Counted from the whole stretch's first letter, positions 37,356 to 48,306 are shown. The stretch is DNA of 57,991 nucleotides, filler included, from Candidatus Hydrogenedentota bacterium (GCA_040752395.1; 5 parts of 5 records of this genome joined end to end with filler, not necessarily neighbours in it), one strand, 5' to 3'. Notes: generated by a model from the sequence alone, not told the origin. Made by a program: numbers and translations.

Positions 37356-39854
37356 TCATTTTTGACTCATATTCATTCTTAATCGTTCAAGAATTAATTT
37401 ATACTCTCTGTTATCAGGTTCAAGTCTTAATGCCAGATTAATAAAATTATATGCGTTGGCATAATCTTTAAGGAATATATAGCTTTTTGCAATAAGATCT
37501 ATCAGTTCCTTATCCTGGGAAACATTGCCAAGCGTCGAGGCAAATCTTAAAAAATTATTTAAGAATACCTTTGCGTCATTACTCAGTTGACCATTGGCAA
37601 AATTCTTTTCAATATCCATTATCCCTATTTTATAGTACTGACGTAACTCAGAGGTTTTATTCAGTTGTGAAGCAAGTTTTGTAAGTAAAATAACATAATC
37701 AAAATTTAAAGAACCAAAATTCAAAGCACCGCTCTTTATAAAATCATAAGCTTCTTCAAACCTGTTCTGGCCTGCAAGTATATTAACGAGCTGTAAATAA
37801 TTAGACTGATTAAACGGGTCAAAAACTATCGCATATTTCAGATTATTTTCAGCTTCTTTTAGATCGTTACGAAATCTTATGTTTATTTGTGACTCAAGAA
37901 AATATGCGGTGCTTCTACCATAAAAAGGAATCATTGGTGCATCACCATTCTCAGCATCATGAGGAATAAGATGGATTCTATACAAATGATATAAAGCCTT
38001 TTTCCAATAACCAAGCTGCAACCACCGTTGCGCTAACCCTATATGGTTTTTATAATTATTCTCAATAAGCGTAGCTCTTTCAAAATGTGATAAACTTAAA
38101 CCTTGCTGCCCAAGATTTAAATAAACTAACCCTATATTATTATGTATCTGCGCATAATTGGGTAATATATCAGTGAGCATTTTATATAATCGTAAAGCAT
38201 TTTGCTGGTCATTCTTTTTCAGGTAGCCAAATGCGCCTTTATACATACCTGAGACCTCAAAGGGATTGAGTTCTATGGATTTTTCACAATCTTTTATAGC
38301 GCTATCTATCAGTGTTTCCTGATCAAGTTTAGTCATACCCGAAATAAGATGTTTATCTGATAAAAGAAGTCTGTGAGAGATATAAAAGTATAATATTACA
38401 CAAAAAATACTTATAAATAACATAATCATTCCGTTCTTCGGAAATCTTATTCTTTTAAGTCTTTTCACTTTATCGTCTAAACCATTATTAAGATATAAAA
38501 AGCTCAGTAACAAACCGATGGCTGTCCACATACTTACAGCACAACCCGTCCATCTTAATTCTACACAAACAAGATTCTGTATGAGTTCGCCCACTAAACC
38601 GCATATTATGCCAAGAATCACAAGATAGTAATTACTTTTTCTATATCGATATAATAATCTAAAACCAGTAATAAAAATCGTTGCGTATAATCCTAACCAG
38701 AGTATCAATCCAATTAAGCCTGATTCACCAAGATATTCTAAGTATTCATCATGTGGGTGGTCAGTATTATGTGTAACTCCGCTTCTGTGATAATGACTCG
38801 GTCTATAATAAGGGAATGCTGCTCGGAAACCGCCGACACCAACCCCTAATATTGGGTGGTCTATACCCATTCTCATTGCGCCTTCCCACATTCTTATACG
38901 AACAAGATTAGTCCCACGTGTTACCTGTGGAACAGATATTATAAGACGTTTCAATGGATCAAATTGTTCTGCAAGAAACCCTCTCTTCTTTATTCCCATA
39001 AAAAAAAGACTGATTATAGCGAGTATTAATATACTCATAGAAGCCCATTTTCTATATTTTTCTTTAAAAAACTCTATATTTTTAATATTAACAAACATTA
39101 AAATAAAAAATAAAGAAACAGAGCCAAACATACCAAGTATCGCGCCTCGTGTTCTTGAAATATAGATACAATACATTGTAAGAAGCCCTGTAAATAAATA
39201 TAATCCGAGTCTTATAAAACTCTGTGTTGCAAATGCTAATCCAAGACATATCGGCATAGTTACATCAACATAACCACAATAAAAGTTCTTATTACCAAAG
39301 GTAGATACACCTGGAACAAAAGCCCAGCCCCCCCAGAAATATATATCTTTATTAAGTATCATACTTAGTATCTCTGAAAGAAAATCTCTTTGTAATACAA
39401 CCTGTCCAAAATAATAAAAAGAGACTAAAAAAGTAACTAATGTTATTACATCAAGCGCAAACCTTAATTTTTTAAAATTATTCATATAACGCGCAACCAT
39501 TAATGCTATTAAAAAATATGATGAAAAATTAGCCATCTCTTCAATTGCAGGCGGTCCCCATTGCATTCTCCAGACTGTTATGGCTGCATTTAAATCTAAA
39601 TATAAAAGTAGAATAACGATGGGCCAGTTAATAGGACTTGGTAATAATTTAAATCTGCCAGCCTCATAATAAGAAGTGGTTAAATATATCAGGAAAGAGG
39701 TATAAGCAGCGAAATACGCAGATAAAGTCTTTAAAAAAACTATGTTCTGGGTCTTAACATAAAATATTAAAGGGACAACCACAAAAAGCACTAAGAGCAA
39801 ATAAAAATTAATCTGTTCTTTTTTCCTGTATAGATACTCGAGAAATACTAACAT
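37356..39854 (-). CDS. O-antigen ligase (Wzy_C)-family membrane protein with TPRs
   Basis: STFGNKNF, TRGAILG, RIRMW, HPHDEYLE; TPR C-terminus. Confidence 0.85.
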   Translation of the reverse strand: MLVFLEYLYRKKEQINFYLLLVLFVVVPLIFYVKTQNIVFLKTLSAYFAAYTSFLIYLTTSYYEAGRFKLLPSPINWPIVILLLYLDLNAAITVWRMQWGPPAIEEMANFSSYFLIALMVARYMNNFKKLRFALDVITLVTFLVSFYYFGQVVLQRDFLSEILSMILNKDIYFWGGWAFVPGVSTFGNKNFYCGYVDVTMPICLGLAFATQSFIRLGLYLFTGLLTMYCIYISRTRGAILGMFGSVSLFFILMFVNIKNIEFFKEKYRKWASMSILILAIISLFFMGIKKRGFLAEQFDPLKRLIISVPQVTRGTNLVRIRMWEGAMRMGIDHPILGVGVGGFRAAFPYYRPSHYHRSGVTHNTDHPHDEYLEYLGESGLIGLILWLGLYATIFITGFRLLYRYRKSNYYLVILGIICGLVGELIQNLVCVELRWTGCAVSMWTAIGLLLSFLYLNNGLDDKVKRLKRIRFPKNGMIMLFISIFCVILYFYISHRLLLSDKHLISGMTKLDQETLIDSAIKDCEKSIELNPFEVSGMYKGAFGYLKKNDQQNALRLYKMLTDILPNYAQIHNNIGLVYLNLGQQGLSLSHFERATLIENNYKNHIGLAQRWLQLGYWKKALYHLYRIHLIPHDAENGDAPMIPFYGRSTAYFLESQINIRFRNDLKEAENNLKYAIVFDPFNQSNYLQLVNILAGQNRFEEAYDFIKSGALNFGSLNFDYVILLTKLASQLNKTSELRQYYKIGIMDIEKNFANGQLSNDAKVFLNNFLRFASTLGNVSQDKELIDLIAKSYIFLKDYANAYNFINLALRLEPDNREYKLILERLRMNMSQK

Positions 39855-39873
39855 TGTATAAATATCCTTAAAT

Positions 39874-39951
39874 GTAATCCTTCAGATAAATACCTCATCT
39901 TAAAGACGCACTTAAAGGTGCTCACTACAATTTTTTCATACGTTCTCAGTC
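39874..39951. repeat. Family B end plus right half of MITE D
   Basis: GTAATCCTTCAG followed by sequence matching 29682-29746. Confidence 0.75.
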
Positions 39952-40002
39952 ATAGGTAGAAAAGAAGTAAGAAGTATCAGAAAAAAGAAACAAACGTTGT
40001 TT

Positions 40003-41241
40003 TCAGTCAAAGTATTTTTCACTGAGTTTTAAAAACCAATAACCATCAGCTGTCTCAACGATAACAATATAACTACTGTTAATCTTGTTTATCCATAAAT
40101 TTTTCAAACACGATTGTAATATTCTATAAAATTTCTTGTCTTCAATCTCATAATAATATAAAATTCTTTCATCTATATTTTGATTGAAAGTATCATAAAC
40201 AGAATAAAACATAATCTTGCTGTCGTCACTTATCCAGAAGTCTGTTACTCTATGAGTAAAATTCAATTGTGTCAATTGTTCTTCTGCTTCCCTTTTTATG
40301 CTTACCCTGTATAGATTATTTTCTATAAAGTTATTAAATGTAATTGTCGTTGGTTCAATAAAACCTTTATTTAATATAAAATAGATATCCTTGATGTTGT
40401 GGTCTTCTTTGAAAAGCGTTATTGAATAATCCTTTAAGAAAAACCTCAAATCTGAACTGGATAATATAATATCTTCTCTATCTTTATTAAAATCATATCG
40501 TATGAGCTCTGAACATTTTGTATTCCCAATTATATTATTTTTTACATATAGAAGCCCATCTCCGTTTTTTGAAAAAGCAGGATTAATAATATCTTTATTT
40601 AAAATAGATATTGGCTTTATTTTATTACCTTTCAAAGTCAGCCATTGTTCTTTTTGTGAATTAAAAAGTAAAATAAGTTCTCCATTATTGCTCACCTTTA
40701 ATGCACTTATACCTGTCACATCATCATCACTGATTAATACTTTTGTATCACTCTTTATATCTATTCTTTCAAGCTTCATATATCCATATCTATTCGCAAT
40801 AATTATAGCTATTACGATATCAGTATCTTCAGGTAAAGTATATAAACCATAATCGAGTTCAACTTCGCCATATTCGGATTTTATTTCTTTAAAGATATCA
40901 AAAATAATTAATTTTATTCTATTATCCAGTTCTGTGCAACGATATACAAGGTATCTTCTATTTTTAGCTATTGTATAATCCACTATTTTACGATTCTCTA
41001 TTAATAAAGTATTTTTATATCTTCCATTGAGGTCAGCTGTATAAAATTCGTTTTTAAAGTTATCTTTGTAATATAATATTAGCGAACTGCTATCTTCTAA
41101 AAAACCTACAAATTTAGCTTGGGGGTAATCAAAATAAATCCTGTTTACCTGTGTCAAAACTAATCTTGTATCATCTCCCTGTAAAAGCGAGGATATAATT
41201 AAATTAAGTAAAAGTCCCGAAAAAATTTTTTTCACTGTCAT
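40003..41241 (-). CDS. exported hypothetical protein, possible TolB-like beta-propeller
   Basis: Signal-peptide-like N-terminus; NPAFSKNGD and S.DG-like repeats. Confidence 0.55.
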   Translation of the reverse strand: MTVKKIFSGLLLNLIISSLLQGDDTRLVLTQVNRIYFDYPQAKFVGFLEDSSSLILYYKDNFKNEFYTADLNGRYKNTLLIENRKIVDYTIAKNRRYLVYRCTELDNRIKLIIFDIFKEIKSEYGEVELDYGLYTLPEDTDIVIAIIIANRYGYMKLERIDIKSDTKVLISDDDVTGISALKVSNNGELILLFNSQKEQWLTLKGNKIKPISILNKDIINPAFSKNGDGLLYVKNNIIGNTKCSELIRYDFNKDREDIILSSSDLRFFLKDYSITLFKEDHNIKDIYFILNKGFIEPTTITFNNFIENNLYRVSIKREAEEQLTQLNFTHRVTDFWISDDSKIMFYSVYDTFNQNIDERILYYYEIEDKKFYRILQSCLKNLWINKINSSYIVIVETADGYWFLKLSEKYFD

Positions 41242-42413
41242 CTTGTTGTCTCAGCTTTCTCCCAGATGGATTTACTAAAGCCACAAATGCCCACAATATA
41301 TCCTGAACTTGCAGTAAAGACAGCTGTAAGAAAATATAACGGTAAAGTAAAAATCTTTAACTTAAAAAATCTCCATTCTGTAATCAGGCCGATGATGCTA
41401 ATAATTGATAAAATAATAAATGTAAGACTCATTGACCATAATATTAAATATATTATAGCACTTTTCTTTATTTTATACAATAATAAAAACCAGAGTATAA
41501 TAACTATTCCAAGATTCCATCTTAAAAATTTATGACAGAACAACATCAGAGCAGGTTTTATGGTTTTAAAAGTAAAGCAGCAATTTAATCTTAGATATCC
41601 TCTTACATCCTGTGGTACCATGCGAAGTCTTCTCTTTATTTCTTCAAATAATTTTTCTGCTGGTTTCTCGTAGGCTTTTGCGTCTTTTACAAAAACCATA
41701 ATATAACCATTCTTAAGTATATGCATCGGGATATAAGAATCGTCTGCGAAAGTTGGTGGCACATCAACGTAAAGCTCTTTTCTTACAGCATATATAGCAC
41801 CTGCGCCCATAACCATAGAATAAAACCTGCTCTCCTCTTCCTTGATAAATGTCTCGTATCTCCAGTACGTGGCCTCGCCATGCTGCGAAACCAATGCTTC
41901 CTCAATCTCTTCATAAATAAGATCACCGCCGCAAGCCCCAACTCGCGGGTCTATAAACGGTCTTACCAATAGTTTTACTGCCTCTCTATCGTATATAGTG
42001 TTAGCATCAGTAAAAATCAATATCTCACCGTGAGCTGATTTAACTGCCTCATTCAAACGAACAACTTTTCCTTTCCTTTCTTTTGAACCTTGATATCTGA
42101 CATTTCTATATTCAAAAGCATACTTCTTTATTATCTCGCAAGTTGCATCTTTAGAACCATCATCAGCTGCTATGATTTCAATTTTATCCATGGGATAATC
42201 TAAAGAAAGTAAATTTTTAATTCTTCTCTCTATTACTTTTTCTTCGTTATACGCTGAAAATAATATAGTTATAAAAGGGTAATAATTATCAATATATTTT
42301 TGGTTTTCCCGGTTTAGAATTCTGTTGAGAATATATAAAAAAGCAGGATACAAAATTAAATTTAAAATAACTATAAAACTCAATACCCAAAAAATAATCT
42401 CAATCATTAACAT
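41238..42413 (-). CDS. glycosyltransferase family 2 (membrane-bound)
   Basis: AYNEE, DDGSKD, FTDAN, ADD, RRLRM. Confidence 0.92.
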   Translation of the reverse strand: MLMIEIIFWVLSFIVILNLILYPAFLYILNRILNRENQKYIDNYYPFITILFSAYNEEKVIERRIKNLLSLDYPMDKIEIIAADDGSKDATCEIIKKYAFEYRNVRYQGSKERKGKVVRLNEAVKSAHGEILIFTDANTIYDREAVKLLVRPFIDPRVGACGGDLIYEEIEEALVSQHGEATYWRYETFIKEEESRFYSMVMGAGAIYAVRKELYVDVPPTFADDSYIPMHILKNGYIMVFVKDAKAYEKPAEKLFEEIKRRLRMVPQDVRGYLRLNCCFTFKTIKPALMLFCHKFLRWNLGIVIILWFLLLYKIKKSAIIYLILWSMSLTFIILSIISIIGLITEWRFFKLKIFTLPLYFLTAVFTASSGYIVGICGFSKSIWEKAETTR

Positions 42414-43263
42414 TGTAAAATCCTTTAATAAAATCTTTTAGATATGAAAAGTTATTTTTAACCCATTTTAGATTAATGAACGTTCTTAAAATTAAACCAC
42501 TCAAACCTGCTATAAAACATAATTCTCTATAAGGAAAGGAGTAATGTTTCTTTAGAAAATAACCAAAGTTTTTAAAATAAACAGCTGGAAACAAAAAAGT
42601 CCTGCTCCCACCACCATAATGCACTATGGAATACCCTGGGTTATAGAATATTTTTATTCCCTTTTTCATAGCGCGATAACAGTAATCCAATTCTTCATGA
42701 TAAAAAAAATATTTTTCATCAAATAACCCGTTTCTTTTTATTACTTCTCTATTCATTAAAAAAAACGAACCCTCAATATAATCAACAAACGAGTGTCTGG
42801 GCTCAAAATTTTGAATTTCTGTCTCTCTCATCTTTATTTTTAATCCTGATGTTTCATAAAATATCCTTGTTATGTTCGGGAAGCTGAAATAAGATTTATA
42901 TAATTTATCATTTTTATTCCGTTTTAAACCACAGCCAATAATTACAGGTTCTTGTTCTGCAATCAATTCCTCAATACCCTCTTTAATAAATTCAGTATCC
43001 TGATTAAGTAAAAGATACCACTTGCTCTCCGGATAAAGATTCAACCCTTGATTCACAGCTCTTGCAAAACCTCTGTTAATTCTATTCTTAATTAGCTTTA
43101 TTTCTTTATATTGTTTTAATATATCTACAGTTTTATCACTTGAAGAATTATCAATAATTATTATTTGTTTATTAACAGGTACAAATTTTAAAATAGAATC
43201 AATAGAGTTTTTAATATATTTTTCACCATTATAAGTAACAATAATGATACAAAGGTCTGACAT
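42400..43263 (-). CDS. glycosyltransferase family 2 (rhamnosyltransferase-like)
   Basis: IIVTYN, DNSSSD, N.GFARAVN.G, LLNQD, FDEKYFFYHEELD. Confidence 0.9.
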   Translation of the reverse strand: MSDLCIIIVTYNGEKYIKNSIDSILKFVPVNKQIIIIDNSSSDKTVDILKQYKEIKLIKNRINRGFARAVNQGLNLYPESKWYLLLNQDTEFIKEGIEELIAEQEPVIIGCGLKRNKNDKLYKSYFSFPNITRIFYETSGLKIKMRETEIQNFEPRHSFVDYIEGSFFLMNREVIKRNGLFDEKYFFYHEELDYCYRAMKKGIKIFYNPGYSIVHYGGGSRTFLFPAVYFKNFGYFLKKHYSFPYRELCFIAGLSGLILRTFINLKWVKNNFSYLKDFIKGFYNVND

Positions 43264-44343
43264 TTAGCTTACCCCTATCAATTCAGAATAGAGATTTACA
43301 TAGCTGGTAATAAATTCGTTATAAGGATTCAGTCTGGCTCTATTCATATTTATCCAATCTCTCATGTACTTTAAATCATCATTTTTGATATTTGGGATAA
43401 TTTTCAAGATTTCATTTACATTGCCTCTTTCAAATAGCCATCCGCTCCTTAAATCATAAACAATCTCAGGTATGCCTCCAACTTTTGCTGCAAGAACAGG
43501 GATACCACAAGAATACGCTTCTAAAATTGAAAGTGGTAATCCCTCTGATAATGATGGTAAAAATAATAAATCTATCTCTTTATAAAAATCATTTCTTTTA
43601 TCTATATCTATTTTCCCTTTTATCTCAATATTTTCACCTTTTAGCTCGTAATTATCATCACCAGCTATTATCCATTTAACAGGAAATTTTTTAGTTAATC
43701 TTACCACTTCTTTTAGTATCTCAACACCTTTTTCAGGAGAATTCCTGCCTATAAACCCAATATTTAACTTACGAGAAGACAAATCTACTTTTTTTTCTTG
43801 ATAAGCATTAAAATCCTTTATACCTGTCTTTATAAAGATTACCTTTTGTTCGTTAAATACTTTTACTTTTTCAAGATAATCTTTATAACAGACAGTAACA
43901 ATTCTATCACTAATAAGATTTGAGATATGTTCACAGAAAGTAATCAGTAAGTATCTGAAAATATTTCTGTCTCTAAAAATAAATTGTCTATTAGAACCAT
44001 GTATGGTAACAATTTTTTTTATGCCTCTAATATAAGATGCGGCAATTAAAGATTTAAGATTAGCACGTGGTAGATGAGAATGTATAATATGTATATTCTC
44101 ATTTTTTAAAATTTTATAAATATCTATTATCTCCTGTATTGAACAAATATTTCTACATCGTAATTTGTATAATTTGCTTATATTATTATATCTTTCACAT
44201 AAGGGTCCATCAGCAAGGGTTATAACAACGATATTTTTAAAATAATCTTTAATACCCAAAATAAGATTTAAAAGATAAACTTCTCCACCTCCATAATCAG
44301 CTGAAGATATAATATATGCGATGTTAATATCCTTAAGGTCCAA
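43264..44343 (-). CDS. glycosyltransferase family 4
   Basis: GGGE, IHSH, PSLSEGLPLSILEA, VGGIPE. Confidence 0.92.
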   Translation of the reverse strand: MDLKDINIAYIISSADYGGGEVYLLNLILGIKDYFKNIVVITLADGPLCERYNNISKLYKLRCRNICSIQEIIDIYKILKNENIHIIHSHLPRANLKSLIAASYIRGIKKIVTIHGSNRQFIFRDRNIFRYLLITFCEHISNLISDRIVTVCYKDYLEKVKVFNEQKVIFIKTGIKDFNAYQEKKVDLSSRKLNIGFIGRNSPEKGVEILKEVVRLTKKFPVKWIIAGDDNYELKGENIEIKGKIDIDKRNDFYKEIDLLFLPSLSEGLPLSILEAYSCGIPVLAAKVGGIPEIVYDLRSGWLFERGNVNEILKIIPNIKNDDLKYMRDWINMNRARLNPYNEFITSYVNLYSELIGVS

Positions 44344-44344
44344 A

Positions 44345-46522
44345 TTAGCTATCCCTTTCTAATATTTCTTCTTCTGCATCTAAAACCGTATCAGGCCTTT
44401 TGCGAGAAGAGATGTTTAAATTATAATATTTTATCTTCCTTCTATAGACATTATTAATAATACCATTATAGGGTTCTTTTATCAAATCTTTAGTTTTTAA
44501 GTAAATTTTATAATACTTATCTGCAAGAATAGGTTCACGATCTTTAACTTGTTTAGAGAGGTAATAAAAAAGAAGCGGGTTGTTACATTTTAGTTTTAAT
44601 GCTCGATTAAAATAATTTTCTGATTCTTTTTTATCCCCTTTCCTGAATAAAAGCACACCATACAATAAGTTGACCTCAGGATTTAGTCTATCTAACCGTA
44701 TCATTTCTTCTGCATCTTTAAATGAGATAGTATAAGTATTAAAAACATTCGCATAATACACATACATTCTGTCGTAGAAAGTGAACTCTGTCAGAAGAGA
44801 ATGTGCTCTGCTTGGTCCCTGGGTAGATCCTTCATAATAAAATGAACGATAATAATAATTATAAAAATATTTTAATGTTTCATTAAAAAAATTATTACTT
44901 ATATCTTCATTTAAATGTTTTCTTTTAACGTAGATATAATCTAATTTTGATGGAGCAAATACATTTCCGGGGTCAGCCTGTACACAATTCTCTAATATTT
45001 TCGCTCCTTGTTTAATATCTCCGTTGTTAATGCAAATCCAGGCTCTGGTATATAATAAAAATACGTCGTATCTATTATCAGCAATAAGTTTATTAATTAT
45101 TGATAAAGCCTTATCATCTTTATTTGTACGTATCAAATGATTTAAATAAAATAACCCATGCACAGTAGAATTGCTTAATGTATAAGCTTGATGCAAATTT
45201 TGTTCTTTCTCCTCTATCTTATTAGCGGTTAATGCTTTTCTAAATGTTATTTCAGCGATAGCCGGGAGAATAAGACAATAGTATGAAAAGATTAAATAGA
45301 AAATAACCAGTATCATCCTGAACCATTTCCGCGCACTATCTAACGCAAAAACAGCACTGGACGCCCTTTTTAATTCCATAGCAAGGATGGCAAAAAAAAG
45401 ATATCTCACTGGTAAAGTCCAGAGCAGTTCGTCAAATAAAGAGATCAAAATAAAAGAAGTATAAAGAATTTTTATAGATTGGTTATCTTTTAATGCTCGA
45501 TATATAAAGATTAAAAAAGCGATAAAAATCAAGGTACCAATAACCCCCTCTTCTACTAAGTGCTGAAGAAAAATATTATGAAAGTGCAGTTCCCATATCT
45601 CGTTTTTTTCAAGCAATTGAGGATAAATAAGACCTGAGGAACCTATACCCCAACCTGTTAATGGTTTATCAATAAAAAATTTTATACCCTTTTTTAACAT
45701 CTGAACCCTTGCTATATTTGTTATATAATTTAAAGACATTACTCTTTTCCCGCGTATTATAATAATAGAGATTACCAGAATAATTATAATACCTGCAATT
45801 ATGCTTGTATTTTTGATAATATTTTTTCTTTTGTTTTGCTTGCCAGAATCTCCTGCTTCTTGATTGCTGGCCTTTCCTAAAAACGAGTTCAAAAGATAAA
45901 AAATAATAGCCCCGAGTAAAGCACTCCTTGACGCTGTTAAAATAATCGATGTACACCAGATGAGTATTAAAAGATATCTGATCTTTTTGTTATAATTAGT
46001 ATCGATAAACGAGTAGCAAAGAAGCAGGGTAAAAAAACCTGAAAGATTAGTATTTTTAAATAATCCCTCTCTTGGTAAAAAAATAAAATCAGAACCAAAT
46101 AAAAAAATGTCAGAAATAAGAGGTCCGAACTGAAAAACAAATTGTAGAAAAAGTATAAAAGCTAAAACCTTTTTTATTATAACTTTAATATCTGCTGGCT
46201 CGATTCTTTCATAACAGATATAAAAAAAAATAAAAGTATAGGCCCATTCATTGAATCTCTCCATACCCAGATTGCCATTTTTATTGATACACGCATTTAT
46301 AAACAGATAAATAATATAAATTAGAAATAACAAAGAGGGATTGGTGAAGGATGGTCTCGAAAAATTGTTTACAAAGGAACGAATCAGGTATCTGATGCCT
46401 AAAATAAATATAACAAAATGTATGAATAACTGGTCATTTATATCTACGCCTGTATTTAAAACAAGAGCAGATAACAAAATCGGCGCTACTATGAAAATTA
46501 TATTATATATTTTTTCTGTCAT
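44345..46522 (-). CDS. O-antigen ligase (Wzy_C)-family membrane protein with TPR-like C-terminus
   Basis: GLFKNTN, TASRSALLG, PLTGWGIG, HFHNIFLQ..VE.G. Confidence 0.85.
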   Translation of the reverse strand: MTEKIYNIIFIVAPILLSALVLNTGVDINDQLFIHFVIFILGIRYLIRSFVNNFSRPSFTNPSLLFLIYIIYLFINACINKNGNLGMERFNEWAYTFIFFYICYERIEPADIKVIIKKVLAFILFLQFVFQFGPLISDIFLFGSDFIFLPREGLFKNTNLSGFFTLLLCYSFIDTNYNKKIRYLLILIWCTSIILTASRSALLGAIIFYLLNSFLGKASNQEAGDSGKQNKRKNIIKNTSIIAGIIIILVISIIIIRGKRVMSLNYITNIARVQMLKKGIKFFIDKPLTGWGIGSSGLIYPQLLEKNEIWELHFHNIFLQHLVEEGVIGTLIFIAFLIFIYRALKDNQSIKILYTSFILISLFDELLWTLPVRYLFFAILAMELKRASSAVFALDSARKWFRMILVIFYLIFSYYCLILPAIAEITFRKALTANKIEEKEQNLHQAYTLSNSTVHGLFYLNHLIRTNKDDKALSIINKLIADNRYDVFLLYTRAWICINNGDIKQGAKILENCVQADPGNVFAPSKLDYIYVKRKHLNEDISNNFFNETLKYFYNYYYRSFYYEGSTQGPSRAHSLLTEFTFYDRMYVYYANVFNTYTISFKDAEEMIRLDRLNPEVNLLYGVLLFRKGDKKESENYFNRALKLKCNNPLLFYYLSKQVKDREPILADKYYKIYLKTKDLIKEPYNGIINNVYRRKIKYYNLNISSRKRPDTVLDAEEEILERDS

Positions 46523-46602
46523 GCCTCTTGCTTCTTGATATCCCCTCAGTCTACTACGGGTCTTGTGACCCTCACTTCGAAAAACGCTGTAACTCTAATA
46601 AT
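46523..46602. repeat. Family B end, REP-like hairpin and family A terminus (A9) at contig end
   Basis: ATCCCCTCAG; CGGGTCTTGTGACCCTC; CTTCGAAAAACGCTGTAACTCTAATAAT. Confidence 0.8.
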
Positions 46603-46702
46603 NNNNNNNNNNNNNNNNNNNNNNNNNNNNNNNNNNNNNNNNNNNNTTAATTAATTAANNNNNNNNNNNNNNNNNNNNNNNNNNNNNNNNNNNNNNNNNN
46701 NN
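46603..46702. other. artificial contig linker
   Basis: N44-TTAATTAATTAA-N44. Confidence 0.98.
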
Positions 46703-46835
46703 AGGCTTTTGGGCTTTTGTCTCCAGCCGGCTGTAGTCCGTAGCCTGTAGCCTGTCCTGATACCTCTCACTTCTTCCGTTATCTTGCTTCTTGCTTCTAC
46801 TTGAAATTATTAGAGTTGCGAAGTTTTTCAGAGGA
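46703..46835. repeat. Family A element, copy A10 (reverse)
   Basis: Ends ...AGTTTTTCAGAGGA, 10 nt before the obgE ATG. Confidence 0.9.
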
Positions 46836-46845
46836 TGAATGACTG

Positions 46846-48096
46846 ATGTTTCTTGATGAAGTTATTATAGAAGTCGAGGCAGGCAAGGGCGGCGATGGTG
46901 TAATAAGTTTTAGAAGAGAAAAATATGTTCCTAAAGGTGGACCTGATGGTGGTTGCGGCGGCAGAGGTGGAGATGTTATACTAAAAGCAAGCATAAAAGA
47001 AAATACTCTTACAAGGTATCTCTATAAAAAAAAGTTTAAGGCAGAGGACGGAAAAAAAGGTGGTAGCACTAACAGAACAGGCCGAAATGGAACAAATTTA
47101 ATATTGTATGTTCCCTGTGGAACTGTTGTTTATTTAGAAGATGGTGAAATATTAGCTGATATAACAGAAGAGAATGAAGGGGTTATAATTGCTAAAGGGG
47201 GCCGGGGCGGAGCTGGGAACTCAAAGTTTGCAACTTCTAAAAGACAGACACCTCGTATTTGCGAGAAAGGCGAAAGAGGCGAAAAGAAAAAGATTAGACT
47301 TGTATTAAAACTCATCGCAGACATCGGTATAATAGGGTTGCCAAATGCTGGTAAATCAACGCTACTATCAAGGATATCCAATGCAAGACCTAAAATAGCT
47401 GACTATCCCTTCACAACACTTGAACCTGTTCTTGGTATAGTGATATTATCAGATTATCGGAGTATGGTTTTTGCTGAGTTACCAGGGCTTATTGAAGGCT
47501 CAAGTAAAGGTACTGGTCTTGGTGATAAATTTTTAAAGCACGCTGAAAGAACTAAAATGCTCTTGCATCTTATCGACAGTACTAATGATGATATACTTAA
47601 AAATTATTATACTATAAGAAAAGAGTTAAAATACTATAGTGAGGCTCTTTACCAAAAAAAAGAGATAGTTGTTATTAATAAATGCGACGCAATAACTGAT
47701 TCAAGAAAAAGCAAAATAGAAAATATCTTTAATAAAAAAAAGATTGAGATTAAATTTATATCTGCAGTTACAGGAGATGGCGTAAATTCTGTTTTGGAAA
47801 GTATTTATAAAAAGGTTAAGGATATAAAATTAAAAAAGTCTAAAATAAAAAAGACCTATCAGTTCATAGAACCTTTTTATATAGAACAAAATGAAGGTAA
47901 ATTTGCTTTAAAAGGAGATGAGTTTGAAAAACTCGTTGAAAGATACGATTTAAGTAATCCTGACTCATTAAGATATTTCTATCAGCTTATGAAAAAAAAG
48001 GGATGGGAAGAAAAAATAAAAGAAGCTGGAATATCAAATGGTGATGAGGTAATTATTAAGGATAATATTTTTACTTACCACCAGCTAATCCCGTAG
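46846..48096 (+). CDS. obgE: GTPase Obg
   Basis: FRREKYVPKGGPDGG, GLPNAGKST, DYPFTT, NKCD; C-terminal OCT domain. Confidence 0.97.
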   Translation: MFLDEVIIEVEAGKGGDGVISFRREKYVPKGGPDGGCGGRGGDVILKASIKENTLTRYLYKKKFKAEDGKKGGSTNRTGRNGTNLILYVPCGTVVYLEDGEILADITEENEGVIIAKGGRGGAGNSKFATSKRQTPRICEKGERGEKKKIRLVLKLIADIGIIGLPNAGKSTLLSRISNARPKIADYPFTTLEPVLGIVILSDYRSMVFAELPGLIEGSSKGTGLGDKFLKHAERTKMLLHLIDSTNDDILKNYYTIRKELKYYSEALYQKKEIVVINKCDAITDSRKSKIENIFNKKKIEIKFISAVTGDGVNSVLESIYKKVKDIKLKKSKIKKTYQFIEPFYIEQNEGKFALKGDEFEKLVERYDLSNPDSLRYFYQLMKKKGWEEKIKEAGISNGDEVIIKDNIFTYHQLIP

Positions 48097-48136
48097 ACAT
48101 TTTTTTCTTGACTATCTTTCTTTTTTTTATTATATA

Positions 48137-48243
48137 GAGTCTGTTGCACGAATGTCAAAAATCAACTTTTTTATTTTGTAACTTATTCATTTTCAAATGT
48201 AAAATTTTCTAAGAAACTAAAAACTGACTTGTGCAACAGGCTC
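48137..48243. mobile_element. 107-bp MITE E
   Basis: TIR GAGTCTGTTGCAC/GTGCAACAGGCTC (12/13), ATA on both flanks. Confidence 0.7.
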
Positions 48244-48306
48244 ATAGTACAAACTATGAAGAATGGATTTAAAGTAATGTTTATAAACTAACATACAAAT
48301 TTTTCT

